Assembly: GCF_006345805.1 (NCBI RefSeq)
Contig: NC_043004.1
Location: 17,546,001 to 17,610,000 of the forward strand
DNA length: 64,000 bases
Reading direction: 5' to 3'
From: Octopus sinensis
Lineage: Eukaryota
The notes below the pieces were generated by a model. That model saw nothing but the letters and a program-made list of their open reading frames with translations. It searched no databases and was not told the origin of the DNA. Positions 48,476 to 61,318 of this stretch are shown here, one piece after another (position 1 is the first letter of the stretch; each line of letters starts with the position of its first letter). Both the position numbers and the translations under genes were made by a program.

Positions 48476-49074
48476 ATTGCTATAGATTTGGCTACACTAT
48501 ATATTCAGGCATGCTCTGTATATATCTATACAGCGATGTTAATGTAAATCTTGCATTGCCTATCTTGAATTATCCATTATCAATTAACAAGTAATAACAA
48601 CACAACACATTTTCAGTATATTTCCTAACATCTCTTTGTTAATCAAAATACAATGTATTTATGGCATATTCATCTGCAAACTTTGTCTTTCTTCCCATAT
48701 AATTATTTCATAAGATAATATGATATTAATTAAGAATTCCTTCCAAACTCATCATGTATCACTCTAGTAAACATTTACTTCGTCTTTTAATAATTTTATA
48801 CATTCAAGAAACGTTGCATTTTTATTTCGTTCACAAGCTGGATTAGACACTCAGCAGGATCTTATTGTTGTAGTTGTTATTACTGTTTAGATCCGTTTCA
48901 TACGTAGTCGAGAAGACTTAAGATCAAAGAGTTCTAAACACGACCATTTCGACTTTGTTTCACTCACTATATATAGATATATCACCGGATTATATTAAAC
49001 ATTTTTTTCTAATTTTTAAAATAACAGAATGTAGTATGAGGGAAAAATCTGGCACATCAAGAGAGCCCCATGAT

Positions 49075-49450
49075 TTTTTCGCCCATTCGTTGAAATTCGG
49101 CTCCGGGTGATTTCTTTCCAATTATGAGTTTCCGTGAATGTCATCCTTAGGTCTGCTTTTGTGATGTCTTCCCATGCATATTCTGGTAAATTTTGGTAAG
49201 ATCCTGCTGTGTATTTTCATTGTATGTTTTTTGATCACTCCAAATCATTTTCCAAAATTTTCCAACTTCTTCCATAGGAAGGGTGGTCTTCAAGTTATTT
49301 TCTCCGTTCCTATTTCTCTATAGAATGTTTTCACATTGGATGTAAACAGCTTGTTTTGCTTGTAAAACTCGTTTCTCTTCTCAAATCTTCGTATTCTTTG
49401 AGCTTCTGCTTGGACTTTTCGTTTCAGTGTTTCTAACATCATTGATATTT
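49075..49450 (-). mobile_element. Older fragment of REL LINE family C
   Basis: Aligns with 56480-56850 (ttaggtctgct.ttgtgatgtcttcccatgc). Confidence 0.8.
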
Positions 49451-49479
49451 AACCCCTCTCATTTCTTCAATATTCTTAT

Positions 49480-51000
49480 TATTTTGGTTATGCTCAGGTT
49501 CGGTCTTATTCCTGGTAGGAATTATGTGGATAGTAGGTTACTACCTATAACGTGAGGTGTCCACAAGTTTTCTGCAGTCTTTCAAGTGCTTATAACCTTC
49601 CTGATAATCATTGCTATCCCTAAGAGATAAATATGCTGTAGGAACTCTACTGGGCATTCTATTCCAGTCTCCTTCGGTTATTTGTCTATACCTTGGTCTA
49701 CTGTTCTCAGCGCACCAATTATTATAGGCACGATCTTTACTGTTCGCATGCTCTAAATTTTTCCTATTTCAAATTTTAAGGGATTGTATTTTCTTTATTT
49801 TTCTTCCTTTTTCTTTACCATCCTGGAACCAAACGGGCATGATAGATCGATAAGTAAGAAACTTCGCTTTTCCTTATCTATAATATTTATGTCTGGTCTA
49901 TTATTTTCTAATTTCTTGTCCGTTTGGATAGGAAAGTCTCACAAAATCTTACATTTCTCTGACTCTAGTACTCTTTCGACTCGATAATTGTACCAAGTGT
50001 TTCCAGCTTCAATCCCCATTTCTAGCACAGATTCTAGAATAAAATCTTTACAACCTGATCATTCCCTCATTTCTTATATTCTTCCTGTGTCAGCTTTGGG
50101 CATTCTGCCGCAATGTGTGCCACTGTCTCGTTCCAAGTTTACAGGCTCTACATTTTTCTGACAATTCTCTTCATATATATATATATTTCCCCCTTAAGTT
50201 GTTTGTTTTTATCGTTTGATCTTAGGCTGCTATAATTATGCTCTCTATTTCTTTTTTAATTGCCCCTTTTTAAACCAAGCTCAGGATTTTGTTCCACATA
50301 CATCTTCAGTGGCTCTCCAAAGTTGGCCATGAGAGGTTTCTCTTCGATTTGTCTGACGTGCTCTCTTTGTAATTCATTCTTGTCCTTTTTTTCCTATTAC
50401 GCGTTTCATTACCTGTTCTTTGTTAACTGTATTTAGTTGTTTTTCTGTGCTGCTCTGTAAATACTCTACTAGACCTTATATTTCCACCTGTAAACATTCT
50501 GCTGCTGCTGTTAAGCTTCTTCCACCTTGGTCTCTTCTCAAGTACAGCCGGTTGATATTAGCTTAAGGACGGTGGGCTCCATACATCTTCCACAACTTCC
50601 CAGTTTTCCCGTCCAATTTCTTTACATCGTTTGTGGTCCAGTCTATAATTCCAACTCCATATCTGTTTAAGAGTACAGCATTTGAATTTATTGTTTCAAT
50701 AAGATTTTTTGAATTCGGCTTTGACTGCAATAATTTTCTGACTCTCTTTGTGTACTCCCTACTGGTAGATTGTTTCATTTCTTCATTTTTTTATGTCGTC
50801 TGGTTCCAGTACTTATAACACTGTCCTTTCTCAACCGCTCTCATTGTTTGTCCATTTGGTATTTCAATTTCCTGGCTTGTTTCTAATCTTCTTCCTTTCA
50901 TTTCCAATATGGCGCACTTTTCTACCCCAAATTCCATACATCGTCATATGAGAGAATGCGGATAGTATGTACAAAACTTTCAGGCTTTTTCTCATGGACG
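49480..51000 (-). mobile_element. Decayed REL LINE (family E)
   Basis: DFPIQTDKKLENNRPDI..LIDLSCPF; VPIIIGAL; TINSNAVLLNRYGVGIIDW. Confidence 0.75.
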
Positions 51001-51178
51001 AAATACTTAGCGGCATTTCATCCAACTTTGCGTTCTGAATTCAAATTCCGCCGAGGTTGACTGTATCTTTCATCCTTATGGGGTCGAAAAAATAAGTACC
51101 AATTAATCCCTGGGGTCGACGAAATCAACTTAACATGTCCCCCGAAATTGCTGGCCTTTTGCCAACATTTGAAATTAT
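51000..51178 (+). mobile_element. SINE family 1 monomer
   Basis: Diagnostic motifs. Confidence 0.8.
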
Positions 51179-51189
51179 AATCGTTATTA

Positions 51190-51726
51190 TTATTGTGTGA
51201 GAGATCAATGCATGCCATAAAAGTGACACTGGGGTAAAATATACGGACTACCCCTCTAATAAGGGTACACTAGGCACATGCATCACAGACATATGTGCGC
51301 GACATGGTGATCTCATATCAAGATAAACAGCACATGACCTTGCAGGTGGGGCCCAGTAAGAATTTTCTTTTGGTCGAGTAACCCATCCCACTCAAAAGGT
51401 CCCTGAATAAGGGTTGTTTAGGGATGTTGAACGAAACACCCATGTTTCCAGGTGAATTATTCAAACCTCAAAGAATCCCTCTCAACATATGGCTATGATG
51501 TTCCCTCACTACTTCTGTTCGTGATCAGAGAGGCACATATCGTCAGCCACTAAGGTACATAGTCACGTGGTTAAGGTCAAACAACTGACAAGTAAATCTG
51601 TGTATTTAGCAGAATATTTGCTGTAGTGCATCTTTTATACCAAGAAAAATCAATGTACATGATAACACTTCCAATCAGTTAAGATCAGAAGCCATGAGAG
51701 CCACTGTCTGGTACTGCATGAGGGCT
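51190..51726 (+). repeat. Copy of the unclassified 550-bp repeat
   Basis: Matches 40005-40562; followed by (TTA)n. Confidence 0.9.
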
Positions 51727-51748
51727 ATTATTATTATTATTATTATTA

Positions 51749-51789
<41 letters not shown>

Positions 51790-51799
51790 TATTATTATA

Positions 51800-53345
51800 G
51801 ACGTCGCACAGTATACAATATCGTGAGGTTCTCGATTGAAGATATTGTGTCCACCGGGGGTTTGTACTGTTTGTCAAGTTACAGCACAGACCTCAGACAA
51901 ACAGTACTTTGCGCAATATGCGCGCAGTTCCAAGTAATGCCGACTTTTGCAATACATCTAGATTGTAGGGTATTTCTAAAGTTTTCAGACGTGTTTTTCA
52001 GATTGGGTGGTATTGAATCCAATGCTCCGATGGCAACAGCGATAATCCTTTTGTTTAACTCTCATACCGGCCACATTTTAGCAATCTCAATTTTCAGGTC
52101 TCCATATTAATCAACCTTTTCTCTTTCTTTCATGATGATATGTTAATCTCCTGGCACTGCCACGTAAATTATTAAGCACTCCTGTTTTTTCCTCCTAAAG
52201 GTTACAATACCCGGCCTTCGGAGCTCTAACACTTTGTCTGTCTGGAAATCAAAGTCTCAGAGGAGTTTTGCCTTTCCCCTTTCATCTATTAACTTTTCCG
52301 GTGTATGCTGGCATCAAGCACTCGTAAACTCATATCCATACTTACGGCATAGTAGCCAGTGGAGGGTTTAGGTTACCTTGTCGTTTCTCCGCTTGTACTC
52401 TTTCTGCGCAAGGTGTACACAAGCACTAACAATATGAGTAACGCTTTCGACCCCTCTCCCCACACATTCTGCAGAGGTCTGTTGCATTTGTGTGGTATTC
52501 TTTTTCACTGGTATTCAATGCCTGGTCCCGGGCAGCAATGATCAGGCTTTCAGTATTCTTCTTTAGGTTACCCTTGTTGAGGTACATCCATGGTGCTTCC
52601 TGGTCTTTTACCTTGTTGTTTTCACGGAGAAACTGACCATATAATTCCATGTGGAATGGGGTTTCTTCTCTCTCATTGACTGTTCTTGATCGGAATACAT
52701 GAGCACTCTTATGTCCATTTTTGTTAACTCCTATTGCATTAGCAGCATATTGTAGGAGGTCTTGATTGCTGCTTACCAAATATTCTGCTATGCTTCTTCT
52801 TTCACTGTTGACGCACTCCTGTACGCTAATCAACCCACGTCTACCTTTACCTCTCTTCATGTAGAGCCTGTGTACATTTGCCTTAGGGTCGAGGGCGCTA
52901 TGCGTTGTCATTGTCTTTCGGGCAGTGCGATCGAGTTGGTTAGTCTCTGCTTGTATCCATTTCAGGATGGGTGCACTATAGCGGACTATGTTGATGGCAG
53001 TCACAGGGTTCTTTGAGTTGAGTTTTCATTTCACGAGAAGTTTGAAATATGCAATGGTGACCTTGTCTTTCTTTCTTTGTGTAAGATATTGTCCAGCTCC
53101 ACGATCCCAAGATACTTGCACCCATCATCATTCATTTGGCAATTCTATACCCTACATTTTCCTCTTTTCCCCCGCTTCAAAGTAAGCACCGCACACTTCG
53201 AGATACCAAATTCCATCCCTATATCCTTGCTGTACAGTCTCAACCAGCCTCTCCATTTTAGGCTCTGCTTTTGCAAATAGTTTTAAATCAACCATGAAGA
53301 GAAGATGGTTGAGACTAGGTCCATTCTTTCTCAGCTCATAGTGCA
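51800..53345 (-). mobile_element. REL LINE family D, RT-end to 3' end, (TAA)n tail
   Basis: NHLLFMVDLKLF; HRLYMKRGKGRRGLI; ESLIIAARDQAL; LCRMCG. Confidence 0.88.
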
Positions 53346-53354
53346 TGTTGATTT

Positions 53355-53435
53355 TTTCTTCTTCTTCTTCTTCTTCTTCTTCTTCTTCTTCTTCTTCTTC
53401 TTCTTCTTCTTCTTCTTCTTCTTCTCTTCTTCTTC

Positions 53436-53503
<68 letters not shown>

Positions 53504-53530
53504 GTTATTATTATTATTATCATTATTATT
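53355..53530. repeat. (TTC)n(TTA)n microsatellite
   Basis: Direct reading. Confidence 0.97.
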
Positions 53531-54060
53531 TTATGTTTGACTTTTGCTTTACATTTGTACAAGTTGGCTCCAAGTCTCACCCAGAGACCTCAAGAGACAA
53601 CAAGTTGGAAGTTCATGTTGGTGTTATGCGTAGGGCGCCAAATATTGGTTTTGTACATAGTGTTGTTCTAGAGAATGTTTAAGAAACCATAAGAAAATTG
53701 TGTTTGTTTAAAATTTGAGATTTCATAGACAGTATTTTGCGTAGGATATGGGCAGTTCCCATGAGCAATATCCTTTGAATTTCTGCCACTTAGAGGTTTC
53801 CCGGTATCTGAGATAGGTAGCAACCAGCCCCTTTTGCTATCATTCCTAAGGAGCCTATTGCAGCAGGTATCGTTTTAGTCTTGAGGTTCCACATTTTGCT
53901 AATTTCTATTTCAAGATCTTTATACTTTTGGGTAGGTCTTGACAGATATATTTATATCGATTGGGATAGTAATATCAATAAGGAGGCATGTTTTTTGTCT
54001 GAAGTCTTTCAATATAATGCCTGGCCTATTCGCATCTATCTTTCTGTCAGTTTGAATGGT
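53530..54060 (-). mobile_element. REL LINE family A, endonuclease plus 3' UTR ending in (TAA)n
   Basis: QTDRKIDANRPGII..LLIDITIP..KYKDLEIEISKMWNLKT..IGSLG. Confidence 0.85.
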
Positions 54061-54254
54061 GAAGTTCAGAGGAGTGAGAGGTGGTAATTTTCAAGCACTA
54101 GGGGTGGTTTGTATTCCGACCAGTTTTTATCATGGGGCAAGATCAGGTTTTGGCAAATTACCCAGTGACTATATTGTGCAGCTCTACCAGTAGTTCGTTC
54201 ATTTTTTTTTTTTTTTTCTAAAGTTAAATTAAAATACATGAGCAGCAACAGTTC

Positions 54255-55208
54255 TCACATCGACATACTCTTCTCAATACGTGTGATGTACCAGTTAAGA
54301 CAATCTTTGCACTCTTGCAGGGATGGTAAGCCAGGGATCATTCTCATATAATTTTCGGTTCCCTTCTTGATCATTCCTAGTGCTCCTACGATCACTGGTA
54401 TTGTAACCGCCTTGAGATGCCACATTTTCTCAATTTCAATGAGTAGGTCTTTATATTTTCTGAGCTTGTCAAACTCTTTCGCTGAGATATTATGATCACA
54501 GGGGATGCTCATGTCGATCAATAAGCAAACTTTATTGTTTTGGTCTTTCACAACAATATCTGGTTTATTGGCCTTGATGGTTCGGTCTGTATGTACTGGA
54601 AAGTCCCACAGAATGGTTACATTTTCTCCTTCAGTTACAGCCTCAGGGTGGTGATTATACCACTTGTCGGCAGTTTTGATATTGTAATGCCGACTTATTA
54701 GCCAGTGGAGATATTGGCCAACTCTGTTATGTCTTAATTTATACTCCACTGGTGCTAAGACTTTACATCCAGAGATTAGGTGGTCCACTGTTTCAATCAT
54801 GTCGTTGCAGAATCGGCATTTTGGGTCTGCTCCATTTTTCATCACATTGGCCTGGTAGTTCCGGGTTGATAGGCTTTGGTCTTGAGCAGCCAGGATGAAA
54901 CCTTCGCTCTCTGCTTTTAGCCCTGAGCTCCGCAGCCACTGATGGGTTTGCTTCTGGTCAACATCAGCTTGTTTGCTGCGGGTCACATATTTGCCGTGCA
55001 GAGGTTTCTCCTCCCACCTATCAGCCAATTGCTCGTGCGCTTTTTCATTGCCATCATTTTCACCTTCTTTGCAACAATAGTTGCCGTACTTCACCTCGGG
55101 TTGTTCAGTTTGGGTATCCTGCACGAGATCAATAGCAAATCTTTTGCCTTCCTTGATGATAGAATGAAGCTTCTTTCGTCTCTCGTGATTTTCCACGAGC
55201 TTTAGCAT
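54255..55208 (-). CDS. CCHC zinc knuckle plus PD-(D/E)xK restriction-like endonuclease
   Basis: 317-aa ORF; CRFC..H..SGC; KPD..ID..K..KY. Confidence 0.93.
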   Translation of the reverse strand: MLKLVENHERRKKLHSIIKEGKRFAIDLVQDTQTEQPEVKYGNYCCKEGENDGNEKAHEQLADRWEEKPLHGKYVTRSKQADVDQKQTHQWLRSSGLKAESEGFILAAQDQSLSTRNYQANVMKNGADPKCRFCNDMIETVDHLISGCKVLAPVEYKLRHNRVGQYLHWLISRHYNIKTADKWYNHHPEAVTEGENVTILWDFPVHTDRTIKANKPDIVVKDQNNKVCLLIDMSIPCDHNISAKEFDKLRKYKDLLIEIEKMWHLKAVTIPVIVGALGMIKKGTENYMRMIPGLPSLQECKDCLNWYITRIEKSMSM

Positions 55209-56485
55209 CCAGTCATTCGATATTTCGAGATATTTGGCCAGTCCAATGTGGTTGTTTTGTAAGCTAGTTCAAATTGGATCAGGCCTCGACCTCCTTGGGC
55301 TCTGGGAAGGTAAAGGCGATCTACGTCTGCCTTTGGGTGGTGCATCCTATTACAACTCAGCAGCTTGCGTATTTTTCTATCTATATTCTTTACTTCACTC
55401 ATATTCCAGTTCAACACATTGTAGCTATAAGTAACAACTGGAACTGCTAGGGAATTTATAGCTAACACCTTGTTACGTGCATTTAGTTCAGATTTCAGGA
55501 CTGCACGAACTCTCCTATAACATTCCTTCCTGATTTTCTCTTTCATGCTTGCATGCTGAATACCAGAGCCTTCATTTATCCCTAAATATTTGTATGTTTG
55601 TTCTTGCTCAAGCTCTCTTATGACTGTGTCAACATCTAACACGACTGAATTTGTGGTCTTCACTTTCCCTTTCTGGAAAGTGGCCTTGGTACACTTCTCA
55701 AGTCCAAACTCCATCCCGATGTCATCGCTGAATGCTTTCACGGTGCGCAATAGGCCTTCAAGTTCATTATTGTCTTTACCATAAAGTTTTAAGTCATCCA
55801 TATAAAATAGATGGCTTAATTTTTTATTGGCAATTTTATACCCATACCCTGTTCTGTTTAATTCACTTGTAAGGGGTATTAGGGCTATGCAGAATATTAA
55901 AGGTGAAAGTGAGTCACCTTGAAAAATTCCACAGTTGATGTTTATATTTTCTGAGGCAAGTACTCCATTAGAGTGGTATAATTGGAGATTCGTATTCCAC
56001 AACGACATATTGTGCTTCAGAAAGTTTGAAATCACAGGGGAAATTTTGAAGATGTCCAGCGATCTCAAGATCCATGGTTGCGGTATACTGTCGAAGGCCT
56101 TTTTATAGTCAATCCATGCGGTGCTGAGATTTCTGCGCTTGTTGTGACAGTTCTCAAGGATCATACGATTGATTAGCAGTTGATCTTTGCATCCGTAAGA
56201 TCCTCGGCGGCACCCTTTTTGTTCAATGGGGAAAATATCGTTCTTCTCCATGAATGCATATGTTTTCTCCGCCAGGATAGATGTTAGGATTTTATACGTG
56301 GTGGATAGACAGGTTATAGGCCGATAGTTTTTTGGAAGGTTGGTTTCGTTATTCTTTGGGAGTAGGTAAGTAATGCCACTTGCTAACCATTCAGGTGTTT
56401 TCTTTGGGTCTCTCATAATTCCATTGAGCAGCTGAACTAGCTTACCGTGTGCGCACGGGAGCGATGCGAGCCAGAAATTCGGCAC
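55202..56485 (-). CDS. Reverse transcriptase of the R4/Dong-like element
   Basis: 427-aa ORF containing all core RT motifs including YMDD. Confidence 0.95.
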   Translation of the reverse strand: MPNFWLASLPCAHGKLVQLLNGIMRDPKKTPEWLASGITYLLPKNNETNLPKNYRPITCLSTTYKILTSILAEKTYAFMEKNDIFPIEQKGCRRGSYGCKDQLLINRMILENCHNKRRNLSTAWIDYKKAFDSIPQPWILRSLDIFKISPVISNFLKHNMSLWNTNLQLYHSNGVLASENININCGIFQGDSLSPLIFCIALIPLTSELNRTGYGYKIANKKLSHLFYMDDLKLYGKDNNELEGLLRTVKAFSDDIGMEFGLEKCTKATFQKGKVKTTNSVVLDVDTVIRELEQEQTYKYLGINEGSGIQHASMKEKIRKECYRRVRAVLKSELNARNKVLAINSLAVPVVTYSYNVLNWNMSEVKNIDRKIRKLLSCNRMHHPKADVDRLYLPRAQGGRGLIQFELAYKTTTLDWPNISKYRMTGC

Positions 56486-56934
56486 CCTATCTTTACCGGG
56501 GGATTTCCAATTATGGGCCTTCGTGAGTGCCTTTCTTAGGTCTGCTATTGTGATGTCTTCCCATGCTTGTTGTTGTAAATTTTGGTAGGATCCTTCAGTT
56601 GTATAATCCAGTCTGCATTTATGTTGTCCGTCTTCTTGTCACTCCAAATCCTTTTCCAAAAGTTTTGAACTTCTTCCATGGGAGGGGGTCTTTAACGGTT
56701 ACTTTCTCCTTCCCTATTTCTCTGTAGAATTTTTGGTATTGGATGTGAACAGCTTATTTTGCTTGTAAAACTTGTTTCTCTTCTCAAATCTTCGTATTCT
56801 TTGGGCTTTTGCTTGGACTTTTTGTTTCAGCGTTTCTTTTATTGATATCAGTTCTTCTCTTGGTGAGGATCCAAATTTTCTCTTCATCTTTCTTCCTGTT
56901 CTGGATCTTACATCATTTCCACATATTAGTTCAT

Positions 56935-57936
56935 TTAATATTGATATTTCCCTCTCATAAATTCAATCTCTTTTTCAATTTTACTTCTCCAGGTTTGATT
57001 TCTTCCCAGGTTTTGTTTTCTTTGTTTTTTCAGGGGCATACAGCTGGTTTCAATTGCCCTAGCAGAAGCGTAAATAATTTCATTTAACTCAGTAAAATCA
57101 GGTTTTAATTCTCGTATTATTTCATTTGTTACATAGTTGCCAATTTGGATTTGTTTTTTATTTTGGTTTCTATTTGAGAGTTTATGAAGCGGTTCTCTAT
57201 CATTCATACTTGTATGTCTTACAACTTCAAGCGTATTCAGGATTTTCTGCCTCATTTCTGCCATAGACTCTCTGTGTTCTTCAGCAAATGCGAGATCTTC
57301 AGTTACTGTTGTTTTTTCGTTTTCCTGGCTATCTTTAACAGGTACAATAGAATTTCTTGTATCTTCAGGCCTTTGCGTACTTTGGTCAGATGGCAGTCTT
57401 TCAACTAAGCCTCGTGGCGGGCTATACTGTTCATCTGATTCTTCATTTCCTTTGTGTCTTATATTTATGTCATTTTCCGTTGCGTGCTTGATCGCGCTTA
57501 TTTCACTGTCTGTGAGTCTGTTATTTCTAAAGATATCCCTCCTCACATTTGCTAATTTGTTCTCGTCCAAATAGGGCCTACTGTCTTGATTCCGTGTTCT
57601 CCATATACTGTAAGAGTTTGCGGTGTGTCTCTCTTGAGATGGCCTACCTAATGCATAGTAATAAGCGTATATTACTTCTTTATACTCTTCTCGGGTCCAT
57701 TTGTTCCGCTTACATTTTTCTTTCTGTGGTGGTTGTGGTGGTGAACTTGGAGGGCTCGAGTTGGGGGATTTCCCGTTCAAGTGACCATCCATGTCCGTAT
57801 TCGGAGAAGAGTTTGTGCCAGTTGATGACTTTTCGATCCCAGGCTGGCTCTTCCCTGGGGGACGCGCTTCCAGATTAACCATAGGACAAGCGATTTGGTA
57901 TACTGATTTAGTTTTCCTTTTAGTTTCCAAAAACAT
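56935..57936 (-). CDS. N-terminal part of the R4/Dong-like polyprotein
   Basis: 333-aa ORF; reading continues after a 1-nt frameshift near 56951. Confidence 0.85.
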   Translation of the reverse strand: MFLETKRKTKSVYQIACPMVNLEARPPGKSQPGIEKSSTGTNSSPNTDMDGHLNGKSPNSSPPSSPPQPPQKEKCKRNKWTREEYKEVIYAYYYALGRPSQERHTANSYSIWRTRNQDSRPYLDENKLANVRRDIFRNNRLTDSEISAIKHATENDINIRHKGNEESDEQYSPPRGLVERLPSDQSTQRPEDTRNSIVPVKDSQENEKTTVTEDLAFAEEHRESMAEMRQKILNTLEVVRHTSMNDREPLHKLSNRNQNKKQIQIGNYVTNEIIRELKPDFTELNEIIYASARAIETSCMPLKKQRKQNLGRNQTWRSKIEKEIEFMRGKYQY

Positions 57937-58276
57937 TTTGGTGCTACGATAATGTTATCATTTTTTAGCTTTGATTGACTCGTGGGGAGACGGCCATCAT
58001 TGCCGTTACAATTATAATCGTACCATTATAGCAGCCGTAGTCGGCTTATTATTGTTATTATCATCACCATTACCATCATTATCATCATTATCACCACCAT
58101 TACCATCATCATTATCATCATCACCATCACCATCACCACCATCATCATCAATGATATTGTTTTATGTATAGTCACAGCAGTATCTTATTATTGTTATTTT
58201 TGTTTTTTTATCATTATCACCATCACAGTAGTGTCTGTCTGTCTCGTTGGCTGGCTGACTGTCTTTTTTATTATTA

Positions 58277-59272
<996 letters not shown>

Positions 59273-60099
59273 GTTGTTGTTGTTGTTGTTGTTATCATTA
59301 AGATAAGTTTGTGAGACATATCAAATGTTTCTTTTTCTAAACCTAAAGTAATATTTCCATCTTTCTAACGTAATATGTAAACGTTTCTTTTGTTACATAT
59401 TTGAAAACATGACTACAAATATTGAAGGTTAACGAATGCTTTAGGAGCACAGTCTAATAACATTTACAGTTCCCAGTATTGATATTTTCTGTAAAGTGTT
59501 TATATGAACTCCTTTAGGTAACTTGTCAATATCTTTACCAAAATAATTGTGAATAAATTCTATTCCAGTGAATCCAAATAAAATATTTTACACATTTATT
59601 AAATGTCATAATGTCAAATTTAACAGCTATGTCAGCACGTTTCAACACAATAGTATACATGTTCATTATTATTATGTTTATCATGAAACCGCAAGCAATT
59701 TTACCATGGCAAATGATTTAATGTATTGTATAGGCTGTGCGGTAGTCTATGACATATTTACAACATCATTTCCTAAAACGTAAATGTCGAAAGAAAAATG
59801 GGTGGTGAGAGGGTTAATTCTGGGCACCGTAATACGATACAATAATTGTTTTATAAAATATGTTGTGACAGCTGCTATTTACATCATAGAAAATGTAGAT
59901 GTCACGCTCAGTTATTTAGTGTCGATGGCCTGTCGTCGAATCTCCAATATTTTTACAGTATCCGGTTCGATATATTCATCAAAAATGAGAGTGAGTAGTT
60001 TTAAATTTTGACAAAAATTTATAGTCTATTGATAACACTGACCAACAAGGTTTTGGAGTTTAGGAAACAGACATTATTCTATACAAAATCGGTCTTCTG

Positions 60100-60295
60100 A
60101 ATCCAGCTATCAATAATTTTATCAATAGCATTCATGAATCGATCCAATTCACAATAGAGATGAATGAATAAGAAATTCCATTTGCTAAACATTTTGATAA
60201 TTAAAGAAAACTGTGATCATTAAAGATTATCTCTGCTGCAAAGACACAGACACACACCAATACTTAAACTTTAGATCTTACTATCCCGAGTTAAG
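60100..60295 (+). pseudogene. Penelope-like RT C-terminal fragment
   Basis: Manual translation NNFINSIHESIQFTIE..IPF-LNILI..KDTDTHQYLNFRSYYP, fitting N.IHP.IQFT.E..PFLD..K.T....YL...S.HP. Confidence 0.7.
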
Positions 60296-60832
60296 AAAAG
60301 ACCAAGATTAGGCGCCTGGCATGTGTAATGTTGTCATGTGCTCACTGCCCTCTACCAGTTGGGCAATACGGTCGGTGGAAGTTCTACGTTAGCAATATAT
60401 AGAAATTTAGAGGCGGGTAAGGGCGATGGCGTTCTCGAGGAAAATCTCGGTACTGATGAGGATAAACTAGTTTGTCTAATTTCGGAGGAATTTCGGGACC
60501 GGTAATACCCATGGATAACTTCCAGAAATCCCTGGCCTGGCAATACTATCGAGGAGCAAAATCTCTTGCGATATTTAGGTACGTCGCATTATATCCTGGA
60601 ATTAAATTCCGCCGTGATCAATATCTTTTATCCTTGTAAAGTCAATAAAAAATAGATACAGGACAAAGTTGAGCCAGATTCAAATGGATGCAAATATTTG
60701 CATGCTCCCTTCTGGTGTGTGGCGTTCTGAAAAAATTAGAAAACACTTTTTTTGGGCCAAGGAGATGGAATTATAAACAAACACTGAATTTTGGTTCAAG
60801 CTGGTGATGCAATTGGACGCGGGTTATTCCTC

Positions 60833-60835
60833 TTC

Positions 60836-60932
<97 letters not shown>
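60833..60932. repeat. (TA)n microsatellite
   Basis: Direct reading. Confidence 0.97.
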
Positions 60933-60934
<2 letters not shown>

Positions 60935-61046
60935 CTTTATATACATATAATCATAAAATGAAAAATATTCCGCATCGAGAATAGCATAAAAAATATATCC
61001 CGAAACCAACACCAAACAATATTAATATAATATTAATATTAATATA

Positions 61047-61078
<32 letters not shown>

Positions 61079-61318
61079 AATAATAATGATAATAATGATA
61101 ATATAATTTGTATAAAACAACTGTGACTTGAATCTTTATGAAAATGTTTATTATAAATGCACCTAAATAAAGACTAATCAACCTATGTAATAGAATGTTA
61201 GCTTCGTTAGGTTTGCATTCAATGAAACTAACCAAAGAAACAGCCGTTTGCTGTTTATTATGTCGCTCGTGCGCCACTGTATTTTAGGCGAGCGTAACCT
61301 AATTTAAGGGATTTTCTA

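Larger units (their letters stand above)
54202..57945 (-). mobile_element. Near-full-length single-ORF R4/Dong-like REL retrotransposon (family C) with 3' poly(A)
   Basis: N-terminal KWTREEY..LANVRRDI; RT YRPITCL, QKGC, IDYKKAFDS, GIFQGDSLSPL, YMDDLKL; CRFC..HLISGC..RHN; KPDIVV..IDMSIP.D..K..KY; T16 at 54202-54217. Confidence 0.95.

Noticed and set aside
57830-58040. HDV-like ribozyme at the 5' end of the R4-like element
   Set aside because: Could not assemble P1-P4 by hand; a descriptor search is needed
60453-60530. CUGAUGA plus short stem near the PLE RT fragment
   Set aside because: GAAA absent; cannot be folded as a hammerhead
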